From Scyliorhinus canicula (Eukaryota): DNA of 64,000 nucleotides. Of the stretch, positions 11,874 through 24,030 are shown in pieces. The stretch's first letter is position 1. The number at the start of each line of letters is the position of its first letter. Made by a program: the position numbers and the translations under genes. Location: assembly GCF_902713615.1 (NCBI RefSeq), contig NC_052172.1, positions 16,339,327 to 16,403,326 of the forward strand. Direction: 5' to 3'. The notes beneath the pieces were generated by a model. The model was not told where the DNA came from. It saw only the letters and a list, made by a program, of their open reading frames with translations, and made no database searches.

Positions 11874-12412
11874 GGGCAGCACAGTGGTTAGCACTGCTGC
11901 CTCACAGCTCCAGGGACCCGGATTCACTTCCATCCTCGGAGTGACTGTGTGGAGTCTGCACGTTCTCCCCGTGTCTGCGTGGGTTTCCTCTGGGTGCTCC
12001 GGTTTCCTCCCACAGTCCAAAGATGTGCAGATTAGGTGGATTGGCCGTGCTAAATTGTCCCTTAGTGGCCAAAATGTTAGTTGGGGTTACGGGGGCAGGG
12101 TAGTGGGCCCAGGTAGGGGACTCTTTCAGAGGGTCGGTGCAGATTCAAAGGGCCGAATGGCCTCCTTCTGCACCGTAGGGATGCTATGATTGAATAAAAT
12201 AGGCTGGTACGGGAATTGAACCCGCACTGCTGGCCTGCCTTCAAAGCCAGCCATTTAGCCCTGTGCTAAACAGCCTCGCTATGAAGTTACTGTGAAAAGC
12301 CCCCTAGTCGCCACATTGCGGCGCCTGTTCGGGGAGGCTGGTACGGGAATTGAACCCGCGCTGCTGGCATGGTTTAAACGCCTGCCATTTAGCCCACTGT
12401 GCTAAATCAGCC
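11874..12412. mobile_element. HE1-like SINE (+) followed by two partial short tRNA-SINEs (-)
   Basis: SINE core at 11874-12190; aggctggtacgggaattgaacccgc repeated at about 12200 and 12335. Confidence 0.8.
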
Positions 12413-13067
12413 CCTTCAACCTCTGTCGTCACCCCCCCCCCCCCCCCACCCCGCTCTCCAAAACCGTGCCCTGCTCAGATTGTTGGAGAATTGAAATATT
12501 GCTGGTGCAAAGTTAGAGGAAAGTTTTGTTTGAAACTGAAGTGTATGCAAAGCAACAATGTATAGAATACTTCTCCAGGGACGAAGCAGTGCGGAGCCGT
12601 GAAGTCTGCAGGCTTACAGTAACCTTGCTCCCGGAATAGGGCCTGTGCTCTTGGTCTCCAGCACTGAATACAATTTAACCTTTACATGAACTGATCCAGA
12701 TCTACCAGACATACGAACCCCCAGTTTAATCTGAAAGGGCTCCCTCAACACCACCGCCACCTCTGCTTGATCAGATTATATTGTTCCTGGATAAAGTCGC
12801 CCTCGTCCCAGATGACCATAGGCTGCTTTGAGGGGGGGGGGGGGGGGGGGGAGAGCTGACTGGTGGTGATTTAACCTGAGGGTCGCCCACATCTCAGGCC
12901 ATGAGCGAGGTTGTGAAGGCGGGGCCTTCACGGATAACCTCAGCCGGTGCGGGGGATTGAACCCGCGCTGCTGGCCTCGCTACGCATCACGAACCAGCCG
13001 TCCAGCCCACTGAGCTAAACCGGTCCTGGAACAATGGCACAGACTTGCATCTTGGTTGGGAGCACCC

Positions 13068-14263
13068 TGTTGCTCTGTTTATCTGGTTCTAAATATGGCG
13101 GTCAATATGGTCGCCTTCCTTAGGGGCTGGTTTAGCTCACAAGGCTAAATCGCTGGCTTTTAAAGCAGATCAAGCAGGCCAGCAACACGGTTCGATTCCC
13201 GTACCAGCCTCCCCGGACAGGCGCCGGAATGTGGCGACTAGGGGCTTTCACAGTAACTTCATTGAAGCCTACTCGTGACAATAAGCGATTTTCATTTCAT
13301 TTAATCCTGATTATGTTTGCTCTAGAGTCGCCAGGTATCTTTTGATACCGCCACAAGGTTCAAACCCGAATACTGAGCAAAGAACCCGATAAGGGAATTT
13401 AAGTGGTCACTGGATAGGCATATGGATGGAAATGGAATAGTGTAGGTCAGATAGGCTTCAGATGGTTTCACGGGTCGGCGCAACATCGAGGGCCGAAGGG
13501 CCCGTACTGCGCTGTAATGTTCTATGTTCTATGTTCTAACCAATGCACCAGTTAGTTAGATCAAAGTCAGTACTATTTATTTACACACACAGTAACATCT
13601 ACCTCATGCACAAAATACCATAAACTAAACTATCTCTAACGCTAACGCCTATACCTCAGCTTCGGGTGCCCACTCAGTCAGAGGAACAATGGCCGTTCGG
13701 ATCTGAGGATGTTGGGTGTGAAGGTGTAATAGGAGAACAGCTAAGGTCGTCCGTCTGATGGCGAGCGTTGACCTTGGACTTTACTGCTTCTGATTCAGCT
13801 GGTGGACGGGTCTCTCCGCTTCTAGAGCCGAGGCCAAGAGAGCGATTCTCTCTCGGGGGCTTCTTCTTATAACTGAAGGGGCTTCGCGCACTTTAGGGCG
13901 GGCCTTGAACTTGGCCCCAATTAATTGGACCGCATCTTGATCACTGGTATTGATCTCGACCAATAAAGGGGTGGGTGCCCTGATGGCTGGGTGTGTCTTT
14001 GGTGGCCATTGGCCTTGCTTTGTTTGTGTCTTTCTGGCGCCGGGGTGTCTGGAGCTAGATCAGTTACTTAAATGTTATTCCTTTGTTCCCGGAGATGGGC
14101 CATCAATATGCTAATTGACCTACAGTTTCAGTCTCGTCTGGGAGTTGCCTTCTCAATATGCATCCAGGCTCTCTGCCTGCTTTCCTAACATTGTCCATGT
14201 TTCCCTATAGTCTTTGCAAACATCCATTTTGTATTCTGGAAGTGGCCATCCCAGATGGCTACA
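13068..14263 (-). mobile_element. Solo ERV-like LTR with nested short SINE (13123-13300) and CR1 tail (13390-13538)
   Basis: TG...CA ends; 4-bp TSD ACCC (13064-13067 and 14264-14267); TATA and AATAAA on the - strand. Confidence 0.75.
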
Positions 14264-14419
14264 ACCCTCACCTCTGACTTTGAAAACTGTGATTCACACC
14301 CCTCCCAGTACAGTACCGAATGAGTGATGTCTTTCAGATAAGATGTTGTGCGGCTCTTTTTCAGTCCTATTTTGTACTGTTTTGAAATATGGAGGGAGTC
14401 CCCACTAATGCCTTTTTGT

Positions 14420-14768
14420 GGGCAGCACGGGAGCATGGTGGTTAGCATAAATGCTTCACAGCTCCAGGGTCCCAGGTTCGATTCCCGGCTGGGTCACTGT
14501 CTGTGTGGAGTCTGCACGTCCTCCCCGTGTGTGCGTGGGTTTCCTCCGGGTGCTCCGGTTTCCTCCCACAGTCCAAAGATGTGTGGGTTAGGTGGATTGG
14601 CCATGCTAAATTCCCCGTAGTGTCCTAAAAAGTAAGGTTAAGGGGGGGGGTTGTTGGGTTATGGGTATAGGGTGGATACGTGGGTTTGAGTAGGGTGATC
14701 ATGGCTCGGCACAACATCGAGGGCCGAAGGGCCTGTTCTGTGCTGTACTGTTCTATGTTCTATGTTCT
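14420..14768 (+). mobile_element. Full-length HE1-like SINE with (tgttcta)n tail
   Basis: tRNA-like head with B box ggttcgattcc, core and CR1-type tail. Confidence 0.9.
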
Positions 14769-16242
14769 AATGCCCTGATCAATATTTATCCCTCGATCAA
14801 CCTCACAATTTGATATGGTTACCTCACAGATCTCCTCTGGGCCCTTGTGCATATATTCCCAGCAATGACTGCTCCCCCAAACATGGCAGCCAGCTGCCCT
14901 CACGGGCCCAAAGCTCTGGAATTTTCCGCACTTGCCACTCTTTAAGGCGCTGCTTAAAATCTAACTATCTGATCTCCAGGTAGCTCGATGTGTCAAACTT
15001 TATTTCATGGCGCCCCTGTGAAGTGCCAACAGGGATGTTTCATGGTACGATAAAGGCCCTATGTGACTATAAGTTGTTATCGCATGACTGTTTGTGGGAA
15101 CATGCCAAGCCGCAGTGCTTCCCTCCGACAAGAGTGAACACCCTTCACAAAATGGTTGCTGGCTGCAACGGCATTTACAAAATGGCTGCTCCCTCGGCGA
15201 TGCACATTTAAAATGGCTGCCACAGTCCCCACAACAACGGTATACTGTACTGGATGCAAGATGCCTTGGGATGTCGTGGAAGGCGCTCTTTCAATGTCAG
15301 ACATTCTCTTTGAAAATGGCACATCCTCTGACAATGAGTAGCGGAGATTAGCTAAATCTGGCGTGGATCCATTCGCCTCATCTTCAAAGGTTGCAGTTTG
15401 GTTGAACCTTGAAAGGGGAAAAACAAACAAACGTCGTGTGCCGGCTTTTTGTGACTCTCATAAGAGAAGTCCGGTATTGATGAGCAGCCGTCAGCTGCGC
15501 ACCCAAACCCAAACTCAGGAGTTGGCCTCAGGATGTATGGATGAGCTCTGCAGCAGCCTTAAAGGGACAGGCCAGGTTAAACACGTGCTTCATCTCGGCG
15601 CATGGCAGGGCATCGATTACCACTGGAGGTGTTTTCTCCCCCCCCCCCCCCCCCCCCCCCGCCACCATCACCCCTCGGGCAGCCCCCGCCCCCCCCCCCC
15701 CCCACCACCATCACCCCTCGGGCAGCCCCCGCCATTCCCTTTGGACGTCCAGAACACGGGACCCCCCCCCCTCCACTCTCCACCGCATGCGGTAGTCTGG
15801 AACACAAAATTCTTCAGAGGGGACCACGATCAGCTGGGTAAATGTCAGATGAAAATCGAGGTGGAGGAGTGTGAGTCGTGAAGAACAAGCGAGAATTGTA
15901 CGGCGGTGCGTGAAGAGGCACCGTTTTAACAAGGAGCGGAGATGGCAGTATGGGCCTAAGCCTAAGGCTTTATGAGTAGCTGATATGGTCAAGTGAAATA
16001 TTCAAACCAAGCTTTTATACATAAAGGCCTAAGCAGCGACAATACTTAACCTGCACAAATCACTGGTTAAACCATTGTTAGAATCTTAGGTGTATTTTAC
16101 AGAGTATTTACAGCACATTCCCGCAGATCATTTGGCCCAACTGGTCCATGCTGGTTTTTATTTTCCATATAAACCTTCTTCCATCCCCCTTCACACAATT
16201 CTATCCACATAACCTACTATTCCTTTCTCTCTCATGTATCCT

Positions 16243-16495
16243 TGATATGCCATCAATTGCACGAGAGACAAGTTGCTTTACAAAAGTTAGGCTTTAATAA
16301 ACTAGAACTTAGCCCTGCGGTTGTCTACAATAAAATAGACGACCGCCGGGCGTTTGACTATTTATACCTCGGCAAGGAGGCGTGGTTAACTCAGCCTCTC
16401 GACCAATCGGTCGAGAGGCACATGACCGACCAGGGCCAATGGTAAGCCGGTGTTCTGCCCCAATGGCAGACAGGTATGCAAATCATATCACCACA
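16243..16495 (-). mobile_element. Solo LTR (253 bp) in a CR1 relic
   Basis: TG...CA ends; TSD ATCCT (16238-16242 and 16496-16500); - strand starts tgtggtga like the 3816 LTR. Confidence 0.85.
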
Positions 16496-17039
16496 ATCCT
16501 TAAATACATCTATACTATTCACCTTAATTTCTTCCTGTAGTAGTGAGTCTCACCACTCTAGTTTCTCCTAAATTCCCTGCTGGATTTATCAGCGACCTTC
16601 CGACATTGATGGCCCCCTTAGTTTTGATCTCCTGGTGATGTCCAATTGTCGGCGGCTCTCCCTCGATTCGAGGGTGATAGCTCGGGCCTCAAGTTTCTGC
16701 ATGGCTCGTCATGCAACTGAATCCCGACCCGCAGATCTTTGGGCGGGTGGGGCAGGGGCTCCCAAGAGGCAGTGGATCCTGGAGAGCAGGATATGCTTCT
16801 TTAGGAATCAAGGAGGAGCCGGGAAGGTTTATGACCAAAAGTCAAGTATTTACAAGTCCCAGTCCCAGCCGGGACTATTCTGCCGCTCAGCTCCTACCTA
16901 GGCCGGCTTTTAAGGAACTGAGTTAACTAGGGCCACTGAGGGGGCAAAGGCCCCTCGAGGGGGGAGCTTCTACTCCACTAGGTTCACGGGAGATTAATCA
17001 GGTCACCCCCGCCCCCCCTCCCCCAGTGGGTCTCATGGG

Positions 17040-17250
17040 GGTTATAATGGCTTCCATTTTCTTGGCCTTCCCGCCTCCTCTCCACCTCATTCTGGAGACG
17101 TTGTGAGTGACTTAAAATCAGCTTGATGGACAACGACGTTGTCACCATTTTGAACGACTGTCGCAACCTCCTCCCAGTCATTGATGTCAATGCTTCGAGG
17201 CGCGCTTCAGAGTGTCTTTGAAGCGTTTTCTTCATCTTCCCCTGGAACTT
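17040..17250 (-). mobile_element. RTE-clade LINE 3' fragment
   Basis: The - strand reads KRFKDTLKR...DINDWEEVA-like RTE C-terminus, with frameshifts. Confidence 0.55.
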
Positions 17251-17659
17251 TTCTTTTAAATTTAGAGTACCTCATTCCTTTCTTGTCCAACTAAAGGGCA
17301 ATTTAGCGCGGCCAATCCACCGACCCTGCACATCTTTTGGGTTGTCAGGGTGAGACCCACGCAGACACGGGGGGGGGGGGGGGGGGGGGGGGGGATGTGC
17401 AAACTCCACATGGACAGTGACCTGGGGCCTGGATCGAATCCGGGTCCTCGGCGCCATGAGGCAGCAGTGCTAACCACTGCGTCGCCGTGCCGCCCGAATC
17501 CTCCACTGGAACATCGGCCGTTTGAGATATTAAGAAAACAGGAGCTCGCGATAGCAAGGCATGGAAGTCACTGACTAGGTGTTGCTACAGTCGGTGACTG
17601 TCACACGCACCAAGTTTGTGCTGTACTGTTCTATGTTCTATAATGACAGGGAGTGGGAT

Positions 17660-18165
17660 GGCGCAGTGGGTTAGCCCTGCTGCCTCACGGCACACCGACA
17701 TCCCAGGTTCGATCCCGGCTCTGGGTCACTGTCCGTGTGGAGTTTGCACATTCTCCCCGTGTCTGTGTGGGTTTCGCCACTGATGCGACCATCAATTCAC
17801 TCGAGACATGAGTAGAAGTAAACCGTGGCTTTAATCAACTTAGAACAGTGCCTGCCTGCGACTGAACCAATGCTGAGAACTGCCTGCAGGTCGACTGCTC
17901 TTTATACCTCCCTTCAAGGGGAGGAGCCATGGGCGGAGCCCATACATGCCCCAACATGTTCCCCTATGGATAATGCCATACAATGGCCCATAGGAGAAGC
18001 CCACAATGGCAACAGCATAGCACAGATACAAATACACTGGTGGATTATTAGTATAATACATTCACCACAGCCACCACAACCCAAAGATGTGCAGAGTAGG
18101 TGGATTGGCCACGCTAAATTGCCCTTTAATTGGAAAAATGAATTGGGTACTCTAAATTTTTAAAA
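17660..18165 (+). mobile_element. A-tailed HE1-like SINE split by a solo LTR
   Basis: 18-bp TSD aatgacagggagtgggat (17642-17659 and 18166-18183). Confidence 0.8.
17781..18069 (-). mobile_element. Solo LTR (289 bp) nested in a SINE
   Basis: TG...CA ends; TSD GCCAC (17776-17780 and 18070-18074); removing it restores the SINE core. Confidence 0.9.
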
Positions 18166-19454
18166 AATGACAGGGAGTGGGATAGCTTGATCTTGGTTTC
18201 GGACAATGCTCAGCACAACATCGAGGGCCGAAGGGCCTGTTCTGTGCTGTACTGTTCTATGTTCAATTGAAAAGACCGACACACACATGCAGGTAAAGGG
18301 ATTCACTTTACTGGTGAATATTTACTTAACCATCGACAAAGGAAATAACACCTCTCAACAATCAAAAAACACACACACTCTGCTGTTCACGGTACCATTT
18401 TGCCAACAATGAAAATGAAAATGAAAATCGCTTATTGTCACGAGTCGGCTTCAAATGAAGTTACTGTGAAAAGCCCCTAGTCGCCACATTCTGGCGCCTG
18501 TTCGGGGAGGCTGGTACGGGAATTGAACCCGCACTGCTGGCCTACCATGGTCTGCTTTAAAAGCCAGCTCTTTAGCCCTGTGCTAAACCAAACATGCTGA
18601 GTGACTCGATCTTTGGCTGAAGAGTTCAGAACAGGAGGTTTGAGTCCCAGGATTGTCGGCCATTTTGGACAGAAATGAGGAGAGATTTCTTCACGCACAG
18701 GCCTGTAAATCTTTGGAATTCTCTACCCAGGGAGCTGGAGATACCCATTGAGTATATTCAAGAATGAGATGGATAGATTTATGACCTTTAAGGTAATCAG
18801 CGGATACGTGCGGAGCAGCTGATATTGAGGCCGAACATCAACCATGACCTTATCGAACAAGCTCGAGGGATCAAATGGCTCCCATTTCTTAAGTCCTCAT
18901 GCTCTCAAAATGTTTAAAGTTCACATCCACGTTCCGTGAGATGAAGGTGAATGTTGGCCACATCAGGGCGTATGGCGTTGATCGTTTTTCAATGTCTTAA
19001 TCGGGAATAGAACCAGCTACTGGACCAGCTTGCCACATGCGCCTCGAGTGGCAACCGTGATGTACAATGCTGCATTGGGAAGAATGGCCAGGCCAGCCCC
19101 GGGGGAGAGGGTGTTTACCAAGGAGGGGAGTTCAGTTATGAGGAACTGAAACTGCAGTGGGTCCGTAGCTCCGAGGTGTAATGGCCCTCACGGGAACTCA
19201 CGGGGACGGCCTGATTGATCTCCACGTGGGGCTCGTGGAATGCGAGATCTTCCGCTAATAGGCGATGGCCCACCAGCCGGGGCTCGGGGTAATCGCCTCA
19301 TAAAAGCCGGCCCAGATTGGGACCGGCATGATCGGTAGTCCCGGTTGAGGCCTTTGTGCTGGACGTCGCCCTGCGGCCTTCTCTCCTGGCTTAAAATAAA
19401 TTGCCGTTTGTATCCACCTCCTCGGGCCTGCTGGGAGCCCTTATGCAAGGGAAT

Positions 19455-19770
19455 GGAGTCCCGCTCAGGAGACTCGAGCACAGCACCCCGGGAGTTGAGG
19501 GAGTGCTGCGCCCACGGATCTGCTGCCTTTTGGAACGATGAGGCTTTAACCGTTGTCCGGCCACCCTCAGGAAAAGATCCCGTGGCGAGTTGAGGGGGGT
19601 GGGGGGTGGGGGGGGGGGGAAGGGGAAGTAGTCCTCCACCCAGTGTCGTTGGCCCATCCCTCAACCAATGCGGCCGGGAAATAAAAAGAAATTCTCCGGC
19701 CGCGATCGCGTTGTTGTTTTGTGGGATCTTGCTGTGCGCAAATTGGCGGCGGCCACGCTTGGAAAGCACT
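19455..19770 (+). mobile_element. Old DeuSINE/SacSINE1-like relic
   Basis: gagggagtgctgc...aaaagatcccgtggc...tgtgggatcttgctgtgcgcaaattggc matches the remembered Deu-domain SINE body. Confidence 0.55.
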
Positions 19771-20509
19771 TGAAATGAAATGAAAATTGCTTATTGTCAC
19801 AAGTAGGCTTCAATGAAGTTACTGTGAAAAGCCCCTAGTCGCCACATTCCGGCGCCTGTCCGGGGAGGCTGGTACTTCCATTGGCTTTGGCCGTGGGCTG
19901 ACGGAATGGGCACCGCCCTGTCCGCGGTTCAGTGCGTGGCAGGGTTACTCTTGGGTCTGGGTGAAACAGTCAGACGAGGTGGCTCTGTGCAAGCGAGCCC
20001 CGTGGATATTTAAGGCAATACATTGTTTACTGCTTTTCCCTTCCTGCAGCCCCCGCGCCCCACCTCCCTCTCCCAACACACACACACACACAAAACTGCA
20101 CAGTGCAACTTCAGCAGACGTGCAGTCTGCTCTGCAGATTTATGTGCGAATGCAACTCATTGCACATGAATCTCGCTGTCTTGTTTTTGATTCTGCATTC
20201 ATTCCGTGAAAAAATGCAAGAAAACAAGGCACTTCTATTCAATTTAATAACGTATTAGTTTGGCACTTATGTCAGGGGCTTGGGGAGGTGTGTAGAGAGA
20301 GAGGGTGCAGAATTATCTGTCTGTCAACCTGTCATCTGTCTAGTATCCAGGGACTAGATGATACAACAAACTGGGTTTTAAAATTAAAATACTCTTGTGC
20401 ACACACACACACCCCCTTGTTATTTCAGTGCCAGAACCCCTCCCTTCTCCACCTTTAATGACTTGTGGTGGAGAACTGTTTAAAAAGTGCTTGCAGCTGG
20501 AGGGCAGCC

Positions 20510-20983
20510 ATGGAGAGAGTCACTCACAAACGCCCTCCTGCAGACCAGGAGTTCGATCTATGGAAGGACTACTTGCAGCTGTCGATGAGGGTCGAGGAGA
20601 TCTGGCGGCCTGGCAGCGGCGGGCAGGAGCACGGCCGGGTCAGCCCGCCCGGCGAAGGTGCCTTCCGGCCGCTGGTGGTGGAGGAGAGGGACCCCTCCTC
20701 GGACGGGAGCAGCGCGGGGCTGGAGCAGCTGGCCAGGAAGGCGAGCGGCATCTGCACCTTCTGCAAGCACAACGGGGAGTCGCGCAAGGTGTACTCCTCG
20801 CACACGCTGAAGGCGGAGGGCGGGAGGGTGCTGTGCCCCATCCTGCGCAACTACGTCTGCCCGCTCTGCCGGGCCACGGGCGATGGCGCCCACACCCTGA
20901 AATACTGCGGCTTCAACCCGGAGAAGCAGTCTCTGTACCGTAGCAACGGGCGCAACTCAGTGGGCAAGAAGCCAAGGCGCTAA
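20510..20983 (+). CDS. nanos2: Nanos homolog 2 (157 aa, single coding exon)
   Basis: Kozak gcagccATGG; NOT1-interacting motif FDLWKDYLQLS; two CCHC fingers (CTFCKHNGE..SHTLK..CPILRNYVCPLCRATGDGAHTLKYC); NANOS2-type C-terminus QSLYRSNGRNSVGKKPRR. Confidence 0.93.
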   Translation: MERVTHKRPPADQEFDLWKDYLQLSMRVEEIWRPGSGGQEHGRVSPPGEGAFRPLVVEERDPSSDGSSAGLEQLARKASGICTFCKHNGESRKVYSSHTLKAEGGRVLCPILRNYVCPLCRATGDGAHTLKYCGFNPEKQSLYRSNGRNSVGKKPRR

Positions 20984-21290
20984 GTGCGGAGTGAGACGTA
21001 AGGAGGACAAGAAGAAAGACTTTTGGCTAAATGTACAGATGTAAAATAATATCTGTAGATAGTAATGGCGACGATAATAATGTTTATAATAGGGACAGGT
21101 TTCTGAGGGACTTCTCCCAGGGAACAGGGGGAAAGTTTTAAGTTTATTTATATTGAAGTCGATTGTCGGTCAGTTTTTATTTTGGACAGTGGAAGGAGGC
21201 TGGACACAAAGCTGTCAAAAAAATGACTTGTCTTAAAAAATACCCCAGAAACATGGTTGTAGAATAAAGCTTGCTTTTCTTTGTTAAGTT
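20984..21290 (+). promoter_or_regulatory. nanos2 3'UTR with Pumilio-like elements, a CPE and a polyA signal
   Basis: TGTAGATA at 21054-21061; TTTTTAT at 21174-21180; AATAAA at 21263-21268 followed by a U-rich tract. Confidence 0.6.
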
Positions 21291-22092
21291 TGGCTACTTT
21301 TCCTTGGATTTCTGTGCACTGTGAACAGGAGAGGTGAGTGTGGGGGTTTAAAAATAAACCATTCAAAGGATGTGGGCGTCGCTGGCTAGACCAGCATTTA
21401 TTGCCCATACCTAATTGCCCCTTGCGAAGACGGTGTTGAGCCGTGGCCTTGAGCCGCTGCAGTCCCTGTGGGGTAGGTGCACCCACAGTGCTGTTAGGGA
21501 GGGAGTTTCAGGATTTTGGCCCAGCGACAGTGAAGGAACGGCCAATGGGGTCACTGGCTGTGCGGAGTCTGCACGTTCTCCCCATGTCTGCGTGGGTTTC
21601 CTCCGGTTTCCTCCCACAAGTCCCGAAAGACGTGCTTGTTAGGTGAATTGGACATTCTGAATTCTCCCTCTGTGTACCCGAACAGGCGCCGGAATGTGGC
21701 GACGAGGGGATTTTCACAGTAACTTCATTGCAGTGTAAATGTCAGCCTACTTGTGACAATAAAGATTATTATTATTAAGTCAGGATGGTGAGTGACTTGG
21801 AGGGGAGCTTGCAGGCGGTGGGGTTCCCAGGTATCTGCTGCCCTTGTCCTTCTGGGTGGTAGAGATCGGGGCTTTGGGGGGGGGGGGGGGGCGTTGTTGA
21901 AGGAACCTTGGCGAGTTGCTGCGGTGCATCTTGTCGATGGTACACACGGCTGCCAGTGTGCGTTGGTGGTGGAGGGAGTGAATATTGAAGGTGGTGCTGG
22001 GAGTTCGGGGATGGGGTGCTAATCAAGTGGGGCTGCTTTGTCCTTGATGGTGCTGAGTTTCTTGAGTGTTGTTGGAGCTGCACTCATCCAGG

Positions 22093-22292
22093 CATGATAT
22101 GGAGATGCCGGCATTGGACTGGGGTGAGCACAGTAAAAAGACTTCCAACATCAGATTAAGGTCCGACAAGTTTGCTTGGAATCACTAGCTTTCGGAGAGC
22201 AGCTCCTTCATCAGGTGAGCCGCGCTCTGAAAGCTAGTGATTTCAAACAAACCTGTTGGACTTTAACCTGGTGTTGTAAGACTTCTTACTGT
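22093..22292. mobile_element. Penelope-like element terminus with inverted arrangement
   Basis: ggagatgccggcattggactggggtgagcacagtaa... followed by its own reverse complement; same family as 24500 and 43564. Confidence 0.75.
22182..22218 (-). ncRNA. Minimal type I hammerhead ribozyme motif (Penelope-associated)
   Basis: - strand: tcac CTGATGA a ggag-ctgct-ctcc GAAA gc TA gtga; stem I tcac/gtga, stem II ggag/ctcc, palindromic AGCU stem III. Confidence 0.7.
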
Positions 22293-22567
22293 ATACAGTG
22301 ACAAGGAGAGAAAGACAGAGAGACACACACACACACACACAGTGTGCTCATCCAGTCAAGCGGAGTATATAACCATCACACTCCAGGCTTGTGCCTTGTA
22401 GATGGTGGACAGGCTTTGGGGGGGGGGGGGGTCAAGAGGTGAGTTACTCTCCGCAGGATTCCCAGCCTCTGACCTGCTCTGGTAGCCACAGTATTTCTGT
22501 GACTACTCCAGTCAGGTGTCTGGGTTTTCTGGTAATACAGGTAGTGTCTTGAAATCTGGCACTCTTT

Positions 22568-23471
22568 AGAACATAGAACATAGAACAGTACAGCACAGAA
22601 CAGGCCCTTCGGCCCTCAATGTTGTGCCGAGCCATGATCACCCCACTCAACCCACGTATCCACCCTATACCCGTAACCCAACAACCTCCCCCTTAACCCT
22701 ACTTTTATCAGGACACTACGGGCAATTTAGCATGGCCAATCCACCTAACCCGCACATCTTTGGACTGTGGGAGGAAACCGGAGCACCCGGAGGAAACCCA
22801 CGCACACAGGTAGAGGACGTGCAGACTCCGCACAGACAGTGACCCAGCCGGGAATCGAACCTGGGACCCTGGAGCTGTGAAGCATTTATGCTAACCACCA
22901 TGCTACCCTGCTGCCCCTTTAATGCCCAGTTCTCCCTGTGTCTGCGTGGGTTTCCTCCGGGTGCTCTGGTTTCCTCCCACAGTCCAAAGATGTGGGGTTA
23001 CAGTGATAAGGTGGGGGGGGGGGGAGGAGTCGGCCTAGGTGGGGGTGCTCTTTTGGAGGGTCTGTGCAGACCCGATGGGCCGAATGGCCTCCTTCTGCAC
23101 CGTAGGATTTCTAGGCGAAGGGGCAGCAGGGTAGCATGGTGGTTAGCATAAATGCTTCACAGCTCCAGGGTCCCAGGTTCGATTCCCGGCTGGGTCACTG
23201 TCTGTGTGGAGTCTGCACGTCCTCCCCCTGTGTGCGTGGGTTTCCTCCGGGTGCTCCGGTTTCCTCCCACAGTCCAAAGATGTGCGGGTTAGGTGGATTG
23301 GCCATGCTAAATTGCCCGTAGTGTCCTAATAAAAGTAAGGTTAAGGGGGGGGTTGTTGGGTTACGGGTATAGGGTGGATACGTGGGTTTGAGTAGGGTGA
23401 TCATGGCTCGGCACAACATTGAGGGCCGAAGAGCCTGTTCTGTGCTGTACTGTTCTATGTTCTATGTTCTA
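22568..23471. mobile_element. Cluster of three HE1-like SINEs (22568-22917 -, partial +, 23120-23471 +)
   Basis: Near-identical cores and (tgttcta)n tails; the outer two are inverted relative to each other. Confidence 0.9.
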
Positions 23472-23599
23472 TACACAGCATTGGAGCTGCTGCCAACACG
23501 GCCACATGCGTGAAAGCTGCCAGAACACGGTGGTTGAATATTTAACTTCCAACAGGTAACCTCCCCGGGCGTCACTGACAACCAATAATGTCGGGACAC

Positions 23600-24030
23600 A
23601 AAATAAAAGCAAATTACTGCCGATGCTGGAATCGGAAACAAAAACAGGAAAACGCTGGACAATCTCCGCAGGTCTGACAGCCTCCGTGGAGAGGGAACGT
23701 TTTGAGTCTGGATGACTCTTTGTCAATGTTGGGGATAGGATGAGAGTTATACTGTTATGGAGGGTGGGGAGGTGTGGAGCGGTGGGGCTGGATACCGGGC
23801 CAGCGATAGGTGGAGATTGACAAAGATATTTGTGGATATAAAGACAAAAGGAATGTAAATGTGGGTGATTAAGGCTAAGAAGATGCTAAAGGGGCCCATT
23901 CAGAAATCAGAATGTGTTAATAGCAGAACAAAGGTGACCAGTGTGTCAAAAGACAAGTAGGAACAAGAAACACGGCCCAAGTGGGATGGGGTGGGGGGGA
24001 AGAGAGACAGTCTGAAGTTGTTGAACTCGA
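23600..24030 (-). mobile_element. Second Penelope-like family fragment with degenerate hammerhead
   Basis: gctggacaatctccgcaggtctgacagc...; - strand ttgacaaagagtc-atcca-gactcaaaacgtt; related copy at 34670-34766. Confidence 0.55.

Larger units (their letters stand above)
21360..22545 (-). mobile_element. CR1/L2-clade LINE relic with nested SINE (21547-21777) and Penelope end
   Basis: Same LINE family as 39490-41600 in reverse orientation (cccagcgacagtgaaggaacgg...agtcaggatggtgagtgacttgg). Confidence 0.7.

Noticed and set aside
14420-14495. tRNA-like A/B boxes
   Set aside because: SINE heads that run straight into the SINE body; not tRNA genes.
20395-20943. Alternative-frame and antisense ORFs over nanos2, and the GTG-start extension from 20465
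   Set aside because: GC-rich shadow ORFs; the ATG at 20510 has a Kozak context and precedes the NIM motif.
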